64,000 nucleotides of DNA from Macrostomum lignano. Lineage: Eukaryota. This document shows, piece after piece, positions 24,533 through 36,300 of this stretch. Position numbers and translations under genes: made by a program. Below the pieces are notes generated by a model. The model was not told where the DNA came from. It was given only the letters and a program-made list of their open reading frames with translations, and did not search any database. The stretch lies in contig NIVC01001342.1 of NCBI GenBank assembly GCA_002269645.1, positions 62,001-126,000 of the forward strand, read 5' to 3'. Position 1 is the stretch's first letter, and each line of letters begins with the position of its first letter.

Positions 24533-27005
24533 GTCTCTCATGCACGCCTTAAACCTAACCTACTCCTTGTACAAGTATTCAATAAATAAAAATTTTAGCG
24601 TTAGAGAAGTTGAAAACAGAAGTAGACTTTTGAACCTCGTTAGTGGAGACGTGCTTCTAAGAAGTGACGTGAGCGCGTGTCCAGTAAGAGGGCCTGGTAG
24701 AGAGAAATGGGTGAAGAGGTCCAACAGCAGTCAGTGGTGGCGCTCTCCCGCGTTTCCATAACCTGCAAGGCTGAGCTGCATGGGTCTCTCCTACAGATAT
24801 TTTTGAGCAGTGCAGTGCTTGCGCAGGAGAGAGGGTTCTGTTCCGGGGAAAAATAAAGCTTATTGCAGTTTGGCTGTCTCGATCCAAGCAACGCCTATTG
24901 TGTTTTGAACGCTAAAGGCAGATTCATTTTTTCAACGGCATCAAAGAGCATAGAAGGTCCTTCCGGCGCAGGAGCCCCGGAAGTTATATTCAGCTCACAA
25001 GAAGTTGAGCAAAAGTCGAGCAAAGCCTGCTTTAAGCTTAGCTGACGATAATTGTCTCTTCGTGTAATGAACTCTTGTCAGGAACACAGGGAAGGATAGA
25101 GAGCTTATATTACGTAATTAGCTGGTAGAACCATAGCCTACTCTAGTGAATGTGTGTCAGCAGCAGTGCATTCTATTACAACACTGTTCCTGTGTCATAA
25201 ATGTAGGACAAATTTAGAAGCAATTTTGTGCGGTTGCTATTTTGTAAAAATTAATTCTGGTACGCCGCCATAGCCATGGAAATATTTTGAATAACTGTTA
25301 AAGTTATTACTACTAGCTCTAGTCTGCGTATGGAGACGAATAGCTTGATGATGGCTTTTCATCAGCATGGATGCATAATACAGTATATCACTGATGACCC
25401 TGCTGAGGAGCTACGTACGCTTCAACCCAACTCTCTATTAGCCGGTCCTGGCGGCCTCTATCTAATTCTAACAACCAATTCAACAATCTGAATTGCAGTT
25501 ACGGATTGCAGACATAGCAGCACAACTTCAACAGGTGAGAATGTGCTTGAATGATTGGGGCAACGGTGTTTTGTGCAGAACCGGATGCGTTACTGCTCCG
25601 ATACTCAGCCCCAAACGCAAACTTTTTAACGCAAATCTTTTTTAATTGCATTTCAGACAGGAAGGCATTCTTTTTGAATATCACATCGAATACAGACTTC
25701 AAAAAGTACCTGGAGGACTGCGATTTTCAGTTGAAAGAATGCAATAACATTGATGAATGTACGAATCTGCTCACTGCTGAGAAGTCAGTTAAACTACAAG
25801 CAGTTCTTGTAGTGCATTCTGACAGTTCGGAACTCGATGATCAACTTAAGGCTCTATTCGAGGCATTCGATAGTGGCGAAAATGGTCAGCTGGAAAGACT
25901 TCTGATTGTTTGTGGAAACAAGGATCTGAAGGAGAAGCTGCGTGACAAAAAGAATCAACAAGCAATATTACTAAACGTGAATTTCCTATGTACGAGTAAA
26001 AAAGACGAAGAAGACACAGATGAAAGTGAGCTAAACGAGATCGCAGGCATGTTAATTGAAAACGAAAATCTTCAAAACACAGTTATAAATTTCAGTAGGA
26101 GCTCTAAAGACAAAATCGATAGTAGAAAATTCTACTATATTCCTGGCGGCGCCGGGTTTACGTTTTCGAGGAATCGTCTGAAAGAAAAAATCCCAAAATA
26201 TATCAAAACAGAAAACACTTCTGAAAACACAGAAAACAGAAAACCACCTTACAAACCACACAAGAATCGCGCTCTCATTCTTGTGAGCAAATCGCTACAC
26301 GATGACAAATCTGATTTGGGCAGAAGTGCAAGGATGGACGTTACGAATCTGCAAGACGCACTTGAGCACGCCAAATTTAGTTCTCATCAATGCAAAACAA
26401 TCACTGTAGATTTTGACTCTGTAGAATATGAGAACCTGTTCAAAAATGAGAACAATGAACAGCCGTCAGAGGATTCCAGGCCTTCCCATGTGGTTGTCAT
26501 CCTTGCTGAAAAGACCGAAGTCGAGAAAGCTAACACACTGCTCACTAAAATTAGCCAAGGCAGTTGTTTTTCCAACTCGCACAGGCTGGTTGTTGTTCAT
26601 CTGCGAGAGCGCTTAGATGTGATTACCATGGATGATCGAACTGCAGGGGAAGTTACTGATTCAGCGTCTGATGGTCCAACTCCAGACTTGCACTTTCACA
26701 AACAAAGCGGTCTGATCATAGTCAGATCTGAATCAACCCCTGCTGATGCCTGTTCCCTCCTGGGTAGCCGCTTCGTGCTCGCTCTGTGCTCAGCAATTTA
26801 CTTCGGTGCCGGCAACACAGATGTGGCTTCAATGATCTGCCCCATCAACAGCATCGTCAAGAACGGCTTTTCAAACAAACTTTGCGCGAACTTTGCGGAT
26901 CAAAATGTTGAAAATAATCTGCTTCTCCCGTACTGGATTGTGCAGACAACCGATGAATTCTTTCTTGACGAGGATAACGGTAAATTCACATTTGAACTGT
27001 CATGA
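23898..27005 (+). CDS. Caspase-like gene C, catalytically dead (pseudo-caspase), paralog of gene A
   Basis: Model: ATG exon 23898-23910 (MAET), micro-exons 24273-24326 and 25499-25534 (phase 1-1), large exon 25657-27005. Caspase landmarks RALILV...GRSARMDVTNL, RLVVVHLR, ST(P)...GSRFVLALC, EFFL. No His-Gly; Arg (26604) at the catalytic Cys position. The 5' region is clearly homologous to the 5' region of gene A. Confidence 0.72.
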
Positions 27006-27312
27006 CTACTTTATATTGTTTTACAAGTGTGTATTACCACATTTCGTTAGATATGGTACACATAATGGCGCTCAGATGAGTACAGATCAAATCACTTACG
27101 AACTCATAAAATCACAGCTGCTAATAATATAGAATTCAACAGTAGCTGTCATAGGCGCAGTCATGCAAATGGTCGAAAATATTCCATAAGCCAGGATCGG
27201 AGGTTGAAGATTTATTAAAAAACTAATGGTTAACATGTAGAAACAGATTAAAGTTAGCCAGATAAAATTGAATTATCTCACATTTCCAACAAAAAAATCC
27301 TATATCTACACT

Positions 27313-28767
27313 AGTAAGCATAAATTAAAATATTTAAAAAAAAATTTGAACCTTGCCATTGATTTCATTTCAGTGCCATCAAAGACACAACCAAAAACCA
27401 AACGTAAGGCAAAATTTAATTTTATTCAGAACTTTGTTGACTCGCATCTACAGTAATTCTGTCTAAAAATTTTAGCATTCGAACCATCAACAACAGCTCT
27501 CATCCTTGCCAAGCAAATGGAGAAGAAAGTTGACGGACTCCGCATTGCTCTGGAGGCAAATGGATGGAAAGTGCACGCTGAATATGGAGACTTTCAGACA
27601 GCACCAGACGACACTTCAAAGTTTACAGTTGTAATTGCTAGCTACGAGCTAGCTAGCGATAGCACATTTGAAAAAGATGATAAACTTGGCGTTTGGATTA
27701 AAACTGATAGTGAGCAGCGAAAGGAAAAAATAATTGAACTCCTTAATAAATTTGATAAATCAGAGACAGTCACGCTGTGCTCTTGTGCTGTCGGTTCGGA
27801 AGGTTTTGACTGCACTTGCAAGAAGTGCAAAGACAGTGCAAGTCATGAACCACTGATCTGCGTCAACTGCAAAGAGTGCGTCCGCTGCAGAGACAAACCT
27901 AAATCGTCATCGAAGAAAGTTTGCAAAAAATGTGGCCTGGCTAAATTTTACCGTGCAATCACAGTCGATCCAGCCACAGTCGATCCGGAAATACCCGTGC
28001 CGGAATGCTCTAGTAGTGAAGAGACAAAAAGCAGCAGCGAGGCACTGTGGAAGCTGACACAGCCAGATGAAAAACAAAGCTATTCAACTCCCGATCCCAG
28101 CACCCGCGTGCTCATCATCAACAATCTCATATTCGGCAGACATGGCAATCGCTTGGGTTCCGAGAAAGACACTCAGAGACTGTTAAAAGTGTTCACTGAA
28201 TTGGGATTCAAAGTTTCAATCAGAACCAATCTGACAGGGAAACAAATACATGATTTAGAGTTAAAAGATGACGTTGCTATTCTTGTACTAATGACTCACG
28301 GTATAGTAGGATACCTGTACGGATGCGACGATGATGATGCAAAAGAAAAAGATATTCTACAAAAGTTTGCCGGAAAAAGAACCGATAAACCGAAGCTGCT
28401 GATTTTCCAGGTGTGTCGCAACTATAGCGACGGTGTGTCGGACGAAAAAAACGAGCGCGAACCTCTGCCTGAATACGAGGACGTCATTGTGGCGCACTCA
28501 ACTGTGCCACTAGAGACGAGTGCGAGAGAGGGGTCAAAGGGGTCTCGATTCATCACTTCGCTATGCTCGGTGTTCCAGCAGTTTGGTAAGGAAGAAGACG
28601 TCGTGTCCATGATCGAGCGAGTCAATTACGAAATGGCGCACAAAAATTCAGCCGATAAGCGGCAGGTGTCCTCCTGGCTGGTGCGAATGGACAAAAAGTT
28701 TTTCCTGGCTCCGGCTGAGCAGAGAGCAGCTGGTAAAGCAGTTCAGCAACAACAGCAGAGCCAATAG
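27313..28767 (+). CDS. Caspase gene D, intact catalytic dyad, with N-terminal alpha/beta domain and Cys-rich insert; paralog of gene B
   Basis: Model: A at 27313, 60-nt intron, exon 27374-27403, 72-nt intron, exon 27476-28767. VLIINN...RLGSEKD, THG (His 28297), QVCR (Cys 28414), TSAREG, GSRF, KKFFL. Confidence 0.9.
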
Positions 28768-29109
28768 CAGCAGCAGAACCAGGAAAAGAAAAAGAAAAGA
28801 AAGCCGAGTAGCTTAAATTGCTTCAGGAATGGTACATGAGCAAGTTGTACCTGACAAGATCGACTTGTTGCTGTCGCACTGACATTAAGTTATGTGAAAT
28901 TCTCATTATTTAAATCCATATGCGATTTGAAAACTTGCTAACATTGCTTTTGCGACTTCAAATTTTGGATTTGAGTTTTCTCTCGCCTTGGGGTTTCAAG
29001 CGATGCGAGTTTTGGTTCGTTTTAGTTTAACTCGAATGTTTGTGAAAATATGTAATATTAATATCGAAATGTAAATCTAAATGTAAAAATAGTATATCGA
29101 ATATTTAGG

Positions 29110-29780
29110 TGCCACTCAACATCATTCCCCTCAGTGCCACTCAGCATCATTCCCCTCAGTATCACTCAGCATCATTCCCCTCAGTATTACTCAGCATCAT
29201 TCCACTCAGTATCACTCAGCATCATTCCCCTCAATGCCACTCAGCATCATTCCCCTCAGTGCCACTCAGCATCATTCCCCTCAGTGTCACTCAGCATCAT
29301 TCCCTTCAGTATCACTCAGCATCATTCCCTTCAGTATCACTCAGCATCATTCCCCTCAGTGCCACTCAGCATCATTCCCCTCAGTGCCACTCAGCATCAT
29401 TCCCTTCAGTATCACTCAGCATCATTCCCCTCAGTGCCACTCAGCATCATTCCCCTCAGTGCCACTCAGCATCATTTCCCTCAGTGCCACTCAGCATCAT
29501 TCCCCTCAGTATCACTCAGCATCATTCCCCTCAGTGCCACTCAGCATCATTCCCCTCAGTATCACTCAGCATCATTCCCCTCAATGCCACTCAGCATCAT
29601 TCCCCTCAGTGCCACTCAGCATCATTCCCTTCAGTATCACTCAGCATCATTCCCTTCAGTATCACTCAGCATCATTTCCCTCAGTGCCACTCAGCATCAT
29701 TCCCCTCAGTGCCACTCAGCATCATTTCCCTCAGTCCCCGACTCCCCACTCAGCATTAATCTTCCCAGTCCCACTCAACA
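29110..29780. repeat. 25-bp minisatellite cactcagcatcattcccctcagtgc
   Basis: About 26 copies; source of ORFs 29109/29134/29234. Confidence 0.95.
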
Positions 29781-31024
29781 TCATTAAATTAATCATCATT
29801 CTTAAAACTTAACAAACAAACCAAGAGACCACAGGCCTTTAACAGTTATGGGTAGTTAAATTCCCTCTCGACTCAAAAAATAATTAAAAACAGCTGTGCA
29901 TCTTGCTTGAGGCTCCAAGCAGGCGTTTCCACAGATGTACAAGTAAGTGCTGGCAGTGGGTGGAGTTTTACCAACAATTAATCCTTCAGATGTATTAAGG
30001 TTGCAGTTACATGTGATGCAGCCTCCGTTTCTGTCGTGTGGACTTTTTGTGCGTGTGATGTTTTTAAATTACTGATCTGATCTGTCCTCACTTTAAGTTT
30101 GCTGTCTCTTAAAAAAATGTTTTTAATTGGATATGCTAAGTTTTGTTAATCACCTTTTAGCTTGCTCTTGCAAAAATTGTTTTAAAACATATATATTGAA
30201 ACTGTGCGTTATTTATCAAGAATTTTTGTTTGCTTTAAAGTAATTTTTGTATCAGATATGTTTTGTCTGTCTGGATATCTGGATATCTATTGAAACATAG
30301 TTATTAGATTTTAGTTTTCTGTCGATTTAAAAGTATGTTTGCAGTGATGCTAAGTTTATTTATTTGTCCCTTTTTCATAGTTTGCTCTTGCGTTAAATTT
30401 TTTATAAACATATATCTATTAAAACCTTTAATTATTAAGAATTTTATTTTGCTGTCTGTTATAATAAAAACTATTACAATTATCTGAAAATTGCGTATTT
30501 TTTGTTTAAGCTCTTTACTTAGCATGCTGATTATCTTTCTTTTATCAACAACTTTATAATTTGCTTCTGCCTAAATCTGCAGGTCTTGCTGTCCCTGAAA
30601 ACTTACCTAATTAACTATATGAAACATAACATAAAATATTAAACATTCCAGTTTAGCCATCTAGCCAAAAATCGATATGAATCAGCGCTTTTATGTATCT
30701 TTTCAACAATTTTAATTAGCCAAAAGTGAGTCAAACCAAAATGTACCGAGCTAACGTGGAGAGCCAATCGCAGAGCTTCCGTGGAACCAATTAAATAGCT
30801 ACACGAGCTCAACATGTTAAACCAGATTCCACCGTACGTGCTAATCGTAAAGCCATGGATGAAGGAATATCATGAATTGCTCATCTGCGAAATGTCTTTG
30901 GCCCAGACCCGCCCCAATCTTGGGATTGTACCCAAGGACCACTGTATATAACAGTCTAGTAGTTCTTGATTGTGCCCCGTTTCAATTAAACTTATTGGCT
31001 GAGTGAGTCCCCGAAGTCACCGAG

Positions 31025-32138
31025 TGCACTCACTCACTCACTTACTCACTCACTCACTCACTCACTCATTCACTCACTCACTCACTCACTCACTCACTCA
31101 CTCACTCATTCACTCACTCACTCACTCACTCACTCACTCACTCACTCACTCACTCATTCACTCACTCACTCACTTACTCATTCATTCACTCACTCACTCA
31201 CTCACTCACTCACTCACTCATTCATTCACTCACTCACTCACTCACTCATTCACTCACTCACTCACTAACTCACACTCACTCACTCACTCACTAACTCACA
31301 CTTACTCACTCACTCACTCACTCACTCACTCACTCACTCACTCACTCACTCACTAACTCACACTCACTCACTCACTAACTCACACTTACTCACTCACTCA
31401 CTCACTCACTCACTCACTCACTCACTCACTCACTCACTCACTCACTCACTCACTCACTTACTCACTCACTCACTCACTCACTCACTCATTCACTCACTCA
31501 CTCACTCACTCATTCATTCACTCACTCACTTACTAACTCACTCACTCACTCACTCACTCACTCACTCATTCACTCACTCACTTACTAACTCACACTCACT
31601 CACTCACTCACTAACTCACACTTACTCACTCACTCACTCACTCACTCACTCACTCACTCACTCACTCACTCACTCACTCACTCACTCACTCACTCACTCA
31701 CTCACTCACTCACTCACACTCACTCACTCACTCACTCACTCACTCACTCACACTCACTCACTCACTCACTCACTCACTCATTCACTCACTCACTTACTAA
31801 CTCACACTCACTCACTCACTCACTAACTCACACTTACTCACTCACTCACTCACTCACTCACTCACTCACTCACTCACTCACTCACTCACTCACTCACTCA
31901 CTCACTCACTCACTCACTCACTCACTCACTCACTCACACTCACTCACTCACTCACTCACTCACTCACTCATTCACTCACTCACTCACTCACTCACTCACT
32001 CACTCACTCACTCACTCACTCACTCACTCACTCACTCACTCACTCACTCACTCACTCACTCACTCACTCACTCACTCACACTCACTCACTCACTCACTCA
32101 CTCACTCACTCACACTCACTCACTCACTCACTCACTCA
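31025..32138. repeat. (CACT)n microsatellite, ~1.1 kb
   Basis: Direct reading. Confidence 0.97.
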
Positions 32139-32594
32139 ATAATGATTTCGAAAATTGAACAATTCAAAAAGCATACCAATCGTGCGTGAGCATACTCGTT
32201 ATGAGTTGGAACTCGGGTGAGACGATGGTAGATCCGTTTGAGAATCTGTGGAAAAGATTTATACTTTCTTTTTTTATTAGATTTATAAAAAGATTTTATT
32301 TCACAGTGGCGGCATTCTCATTCAATTTCAAAGTGAGCAATGTGTCCCAGCAGTAACATCTAAATGCTGCGATGCCATGCACCTGCCAGGTAAGCAAAGC
32401 CATGATGCACCGCAATAAAACACCTCACTAGAGACTTCATGGGGACTCAGCTGGAAGCAGCAACGGGGGAACAAAGAGTTTATCAATTTTACAGAAACGC
32501 AGGTAACCGAATGAAAGCAGCAGGCGCTGAGGGTTGCGGAATAAGCAGACACAGTTGAGTAGGAGTAGCGCTGATTGACACTGGCTGAGCACAG

Positions 32595-33355
32595 GGATCC
32601 AGGTGCGGGACTGAGGGATCCAGGTGCCGGACTGAGGGATCCAGGTGCGGGACTGAGGGATCCAGGTGCCGGACTGAGGGATCCAGGTGTGGGACTGAGG
32701 GATCCAGGTGCCGGACTGAGGGATCCAGGTGTGGGACTGAGGGATCCAGGTGCCGGACTGAGGGATCCAGGTGCGGGACTGAGGGATCCAGGTGCCGGAC
32801 TGAGGGATCCAGGTGTGGGACTGAGGGATCCAGGTGCCGGACTGAGGGATCCAGGTGTGGGACTGAGGGATCCAGGTGCCGGACTGAGGGATCCAGGTGC
32901 GGGACTGAGAGATCCAGGTGCGGGACTGAGGGATCCAGTTGCGATACTGAGGAATCCAGGTGCGGGACTGAGGGATCCGGGTGTGGGACTGAGAGATCCG
33001 GGTGTGGAACTGAGGGATCCGGGTGTGGGACTGAGAGATCCGGGTGTGGAACTGAGGGATCCGGGTGTGGAACTGAGGGATCCGGGTGTGGGACTGAGGG
33101 ATCCAGGTGTGGGACTGAGGAATCCAGGTGCGGGACTGAGGAATCCAGGTGCGGGACTGAGTGATTTAGGTGCGGGACTGAGGCATCCAGGTGCGAGACT
33201 GAGTGATTTAGGTGCGGGACTGAGGAATACAGGTGCAAGACTGAGAGATCCAGGTGCGGGACTAAAGGATTCAGGTGCGGGACTAAGGCATCCAGGTGCG
33301 GGACTAAGGCATCCAGGTGCGGGACTGAGTGATTTGGGTGCGGGATTGAGAGATC
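32595..33355. repeat. 21-bp minisatellite gatccaggtgcgggactgagg just downstream of the DSTYK stop
   Basis: Direct reading; degeneracy gradient toward 33350. Confidence 0.93.
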
Positions 33356-33386
33356 TAGTGCTGGGGTGTCCAGTTCAGCCCGGGCG

Positions 33387-36300
33387 TCACAGCAAGTCGC
33401 TGACGAGGTGCCCGGATGGCGGGCCGCCGGCCTGGCAGGCGGGGGAGGCGGGGGCGGCCCGAGCCTCTGCCAGCAGGGCCTGCAGGGTCGGCAGGAGGTC
33501 GCCAGGCAGCGGGCGGCGGTCGGGAAGGCCGTCCCAGCAGTGCCGCATGAGGTCCCAGCACTGGTCGGTGAAGGCCGGGAGCCGCTCCGGCCGCACGCCG
33601 CGCTTCACGGAGCTCCACAGGGCGTCCTTGCTGCTGCACTGCTCGAAGTTGTGCGGCAGGCGCACCGTGTCGGCGCACACGTACCAGAACAGGATGCCGA
33701 AGGCGTACACATCCACCTGCGGTTGGGGAGTGCTTGGCATTGCAGCATGACTGTGTACACATCCACCTGCGGCTGGGGAGTGCTTGGCATTGCAGCATGA
33801 CTGTGCACACATCCACCTGCGGCTGGGGAGTGCTTGGAATTGCAGCATGACTGTGCCAGATATGGAGCTGACTGTGCCAGATATGGTGCTGATTGTGCCA
33901 GATATGGAGCTGATTGTGCCAGATATGGAGCTGTCTGTGCCAGATATGGAGCTGATTGTGCCAGATATGGAGCTGATTGTGCCAGATATGGAGCTGATTG
34001 TGCCAGATATGGAGCTGATTGTGCCAGATATGGAGCTGATTGTGCCAGATATGGAGCTGACTGTGCCAGATATGGAGCTGATTTGTACAAGAAAATCAGT
34101 CCCGGATCAAGGGTAAGCACCCCAAACAATTCCAACACAAACGAATCCGCAGGCGCCCCGATGAGTCATAGCTGAGTCAGCACCCAAAATAACTCAAACA
34201 CAAATCCGCAGGCGCCCCGATGAGTCATAGCAGGGTCAGCACCCAAAATAACTCAAACACAAATCCGCAGGCGCCCCGATGAGTCATAGCAGGGTCAGCA
34301 CCCAAAACAACTCCAGCACAAATCCGCAGGCGCCCCCATGAGTCATAGCAGGGTCAGCACCCAAAACAACTCCAGCACAAATCCGCAGGCGCCCCGATGA
34401 GTCATAGCTGGGTCAGCACCCCAAATAACTCAAACACAAAGCCGCAGGCGCACCGATGAGTCATAGCTGCCGGTGAACAGCTCGGGCGGCATGTGGATCG
34501 GGGTGCCCACGATGCTGCCGCTCATCATGGCGTGCGGCTTGCAGAAGCCGAGGTCCGTCAGCTTGGCGCGGCTGCGCCTGTCCAGCAGCACGTTCTTCAG
34601 CTTGACGTCGCGGTGCACCAGGCCGCGGCTGTGCAGGAACCGGATGCCCTCCACCACGTCGCAGGCCACCTGCAGTCTGGAGGGGGAGGTGTGCGATGGC
34701 TGAGGATGGGATCAGGGTGGGATCAGGATGGGATCATGATAGATCAGGGTGAGATCAGGATGCGATCAGGGTGAGATCAGGATGGGATCATGATCGATCA
34801 GGGTGAGATTAGGATGCGATCAGGGTGGAATCAGGGTGGTATCAGGGTGGGATCAGGGTGGGTAGCTGAGGATGGGATCAGAGTGAGATCAGGATGGGAT
34901 CGGGGTGGTATTAGGGTGGGATTAGGATGGGATCAGGATGGGATCAGGGTGAGAGACTGAGGATATGATCAAGGTGGGAGGCTGAATATGGGAGCAGGGT
35001 GGAATCAGGATGGGATCAGGGTGAGAGGCTGAGGATATGATCGAGGTGGGAGGCTGATGATGGGAGCAGGGTGGAATCAGGGTGAGAGGCTGAGGATATG
35101 AACAAGGTGGGAGGCTGAATATGGGATCAGGGTGGTATCAGGATGGTATCAGGATGGGATCAGGATGGGATCATGACGGGATCAGGATGGGATCAGGATG
35201 GGATCAGGATGGGATCAGGATGGGATCAGGATGGGATCAGGATGGGATGCAAGCAGGCAGTATTGGCAATCGCGGTGACATGCGGGAGCGGCAATCATGA
35301 GGAGCGGCACGGGCTGTCGGTGGCACTGCGGTGTCACCTGGCAGCGAAGCTGAGCGAGCCGAACTGAATGGCGCGGTGCAGGTCGCAGCCCATCAGCTCC
35401 GAGATGATGAGAATCTCCGGCGAGGCTGCGGCTGAGGCGCCGAGCACGCAGATCTCGGAGTCGGTGAGGCCGCCGTCGCCGCTGCCGACCCCGCCGCCGC
35501 CATAGGCATAGTTGGTGACGACGCCCAGCACGGGGACGATGCGCTCGTGAGGCGGCAGCTGCCTGCGCAAATGCGAGGCACTGATTAGCAACTGGCGGCC
35601 TCCACTGGCTGAGTGACTGGGTAAGACGTTCGTTTCTTAGAAAGACTTAATCTGTCTTAATTGCATATTTGTACTAGCAGAAAGGTTAGTTTAAAGGTTT
35701 TATATCTCTGCAATTAATATGAAGCGTAAATTGAGCCTTCAAATATTTTCTAAGAAACGTAAATTCCGCCTTCAAATATTTTCTAAGAAACGTAAATTGA
35801 GCCTTCAAATATTTTCTAAGAAACGTAAATTCAGCCTTCAAATATTTTCTAAGAAACGTAAATTGAGTTTTCAAATATTTTCTAAGAAACGTAAATTTTG
35901 CCTTCAAATATTTTCTAAGAAACGTAAATTTTGCCTTCAAATATTTTCTAAGAAACTTAAATTAAGTTTTTAAATATTTTCTAAGAAACGAAGCGTCTCG
36001 GCCCCTCAACCTCAGCCGCAACCAAACGAAACAGCCGCATCAAAGCAAGCAATTAATTTATTGCTCCCGAGGATTTTCCAATTTAAACCCCGTTACTCGC
36101 TACTGATATTGCTAGCCAGTCAGTAGGCTAGTTGGGGCATGCAAATCTGTCTGGCTCGAGGGCCGCCACCTGTCAGTCCAGGCCAGGCCCCGGCCCAGGG
36201 CCACGTGCAGGTCGCGGGGCAGGCGGGCCATCGCCAGCAGCACCGCCGGCTCCGCCAGCCGCCTGTCGATGGCGCAGCCGAGGATGCGCGCGACTCTGGC

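Noticed and set aside
15254-27475. Active caspases B and D as alternative terminal exons of genes A and C (all four large exons start in phase 1)
   Set aside because: B and D each have their own short ATG exon with matching intron sizes. Shared-exon splicing stays frame-compatible, so long-read cDNA should still be checked.
13791-28767. Bacterial origin (metacaspase/orthocaspase HGT) of the AT-rich caspase cluster
   Set aside because: Spliceosomal introns, p20/p10-type motifs and Asp-specific S1 arginines indicate metazoan caspases.
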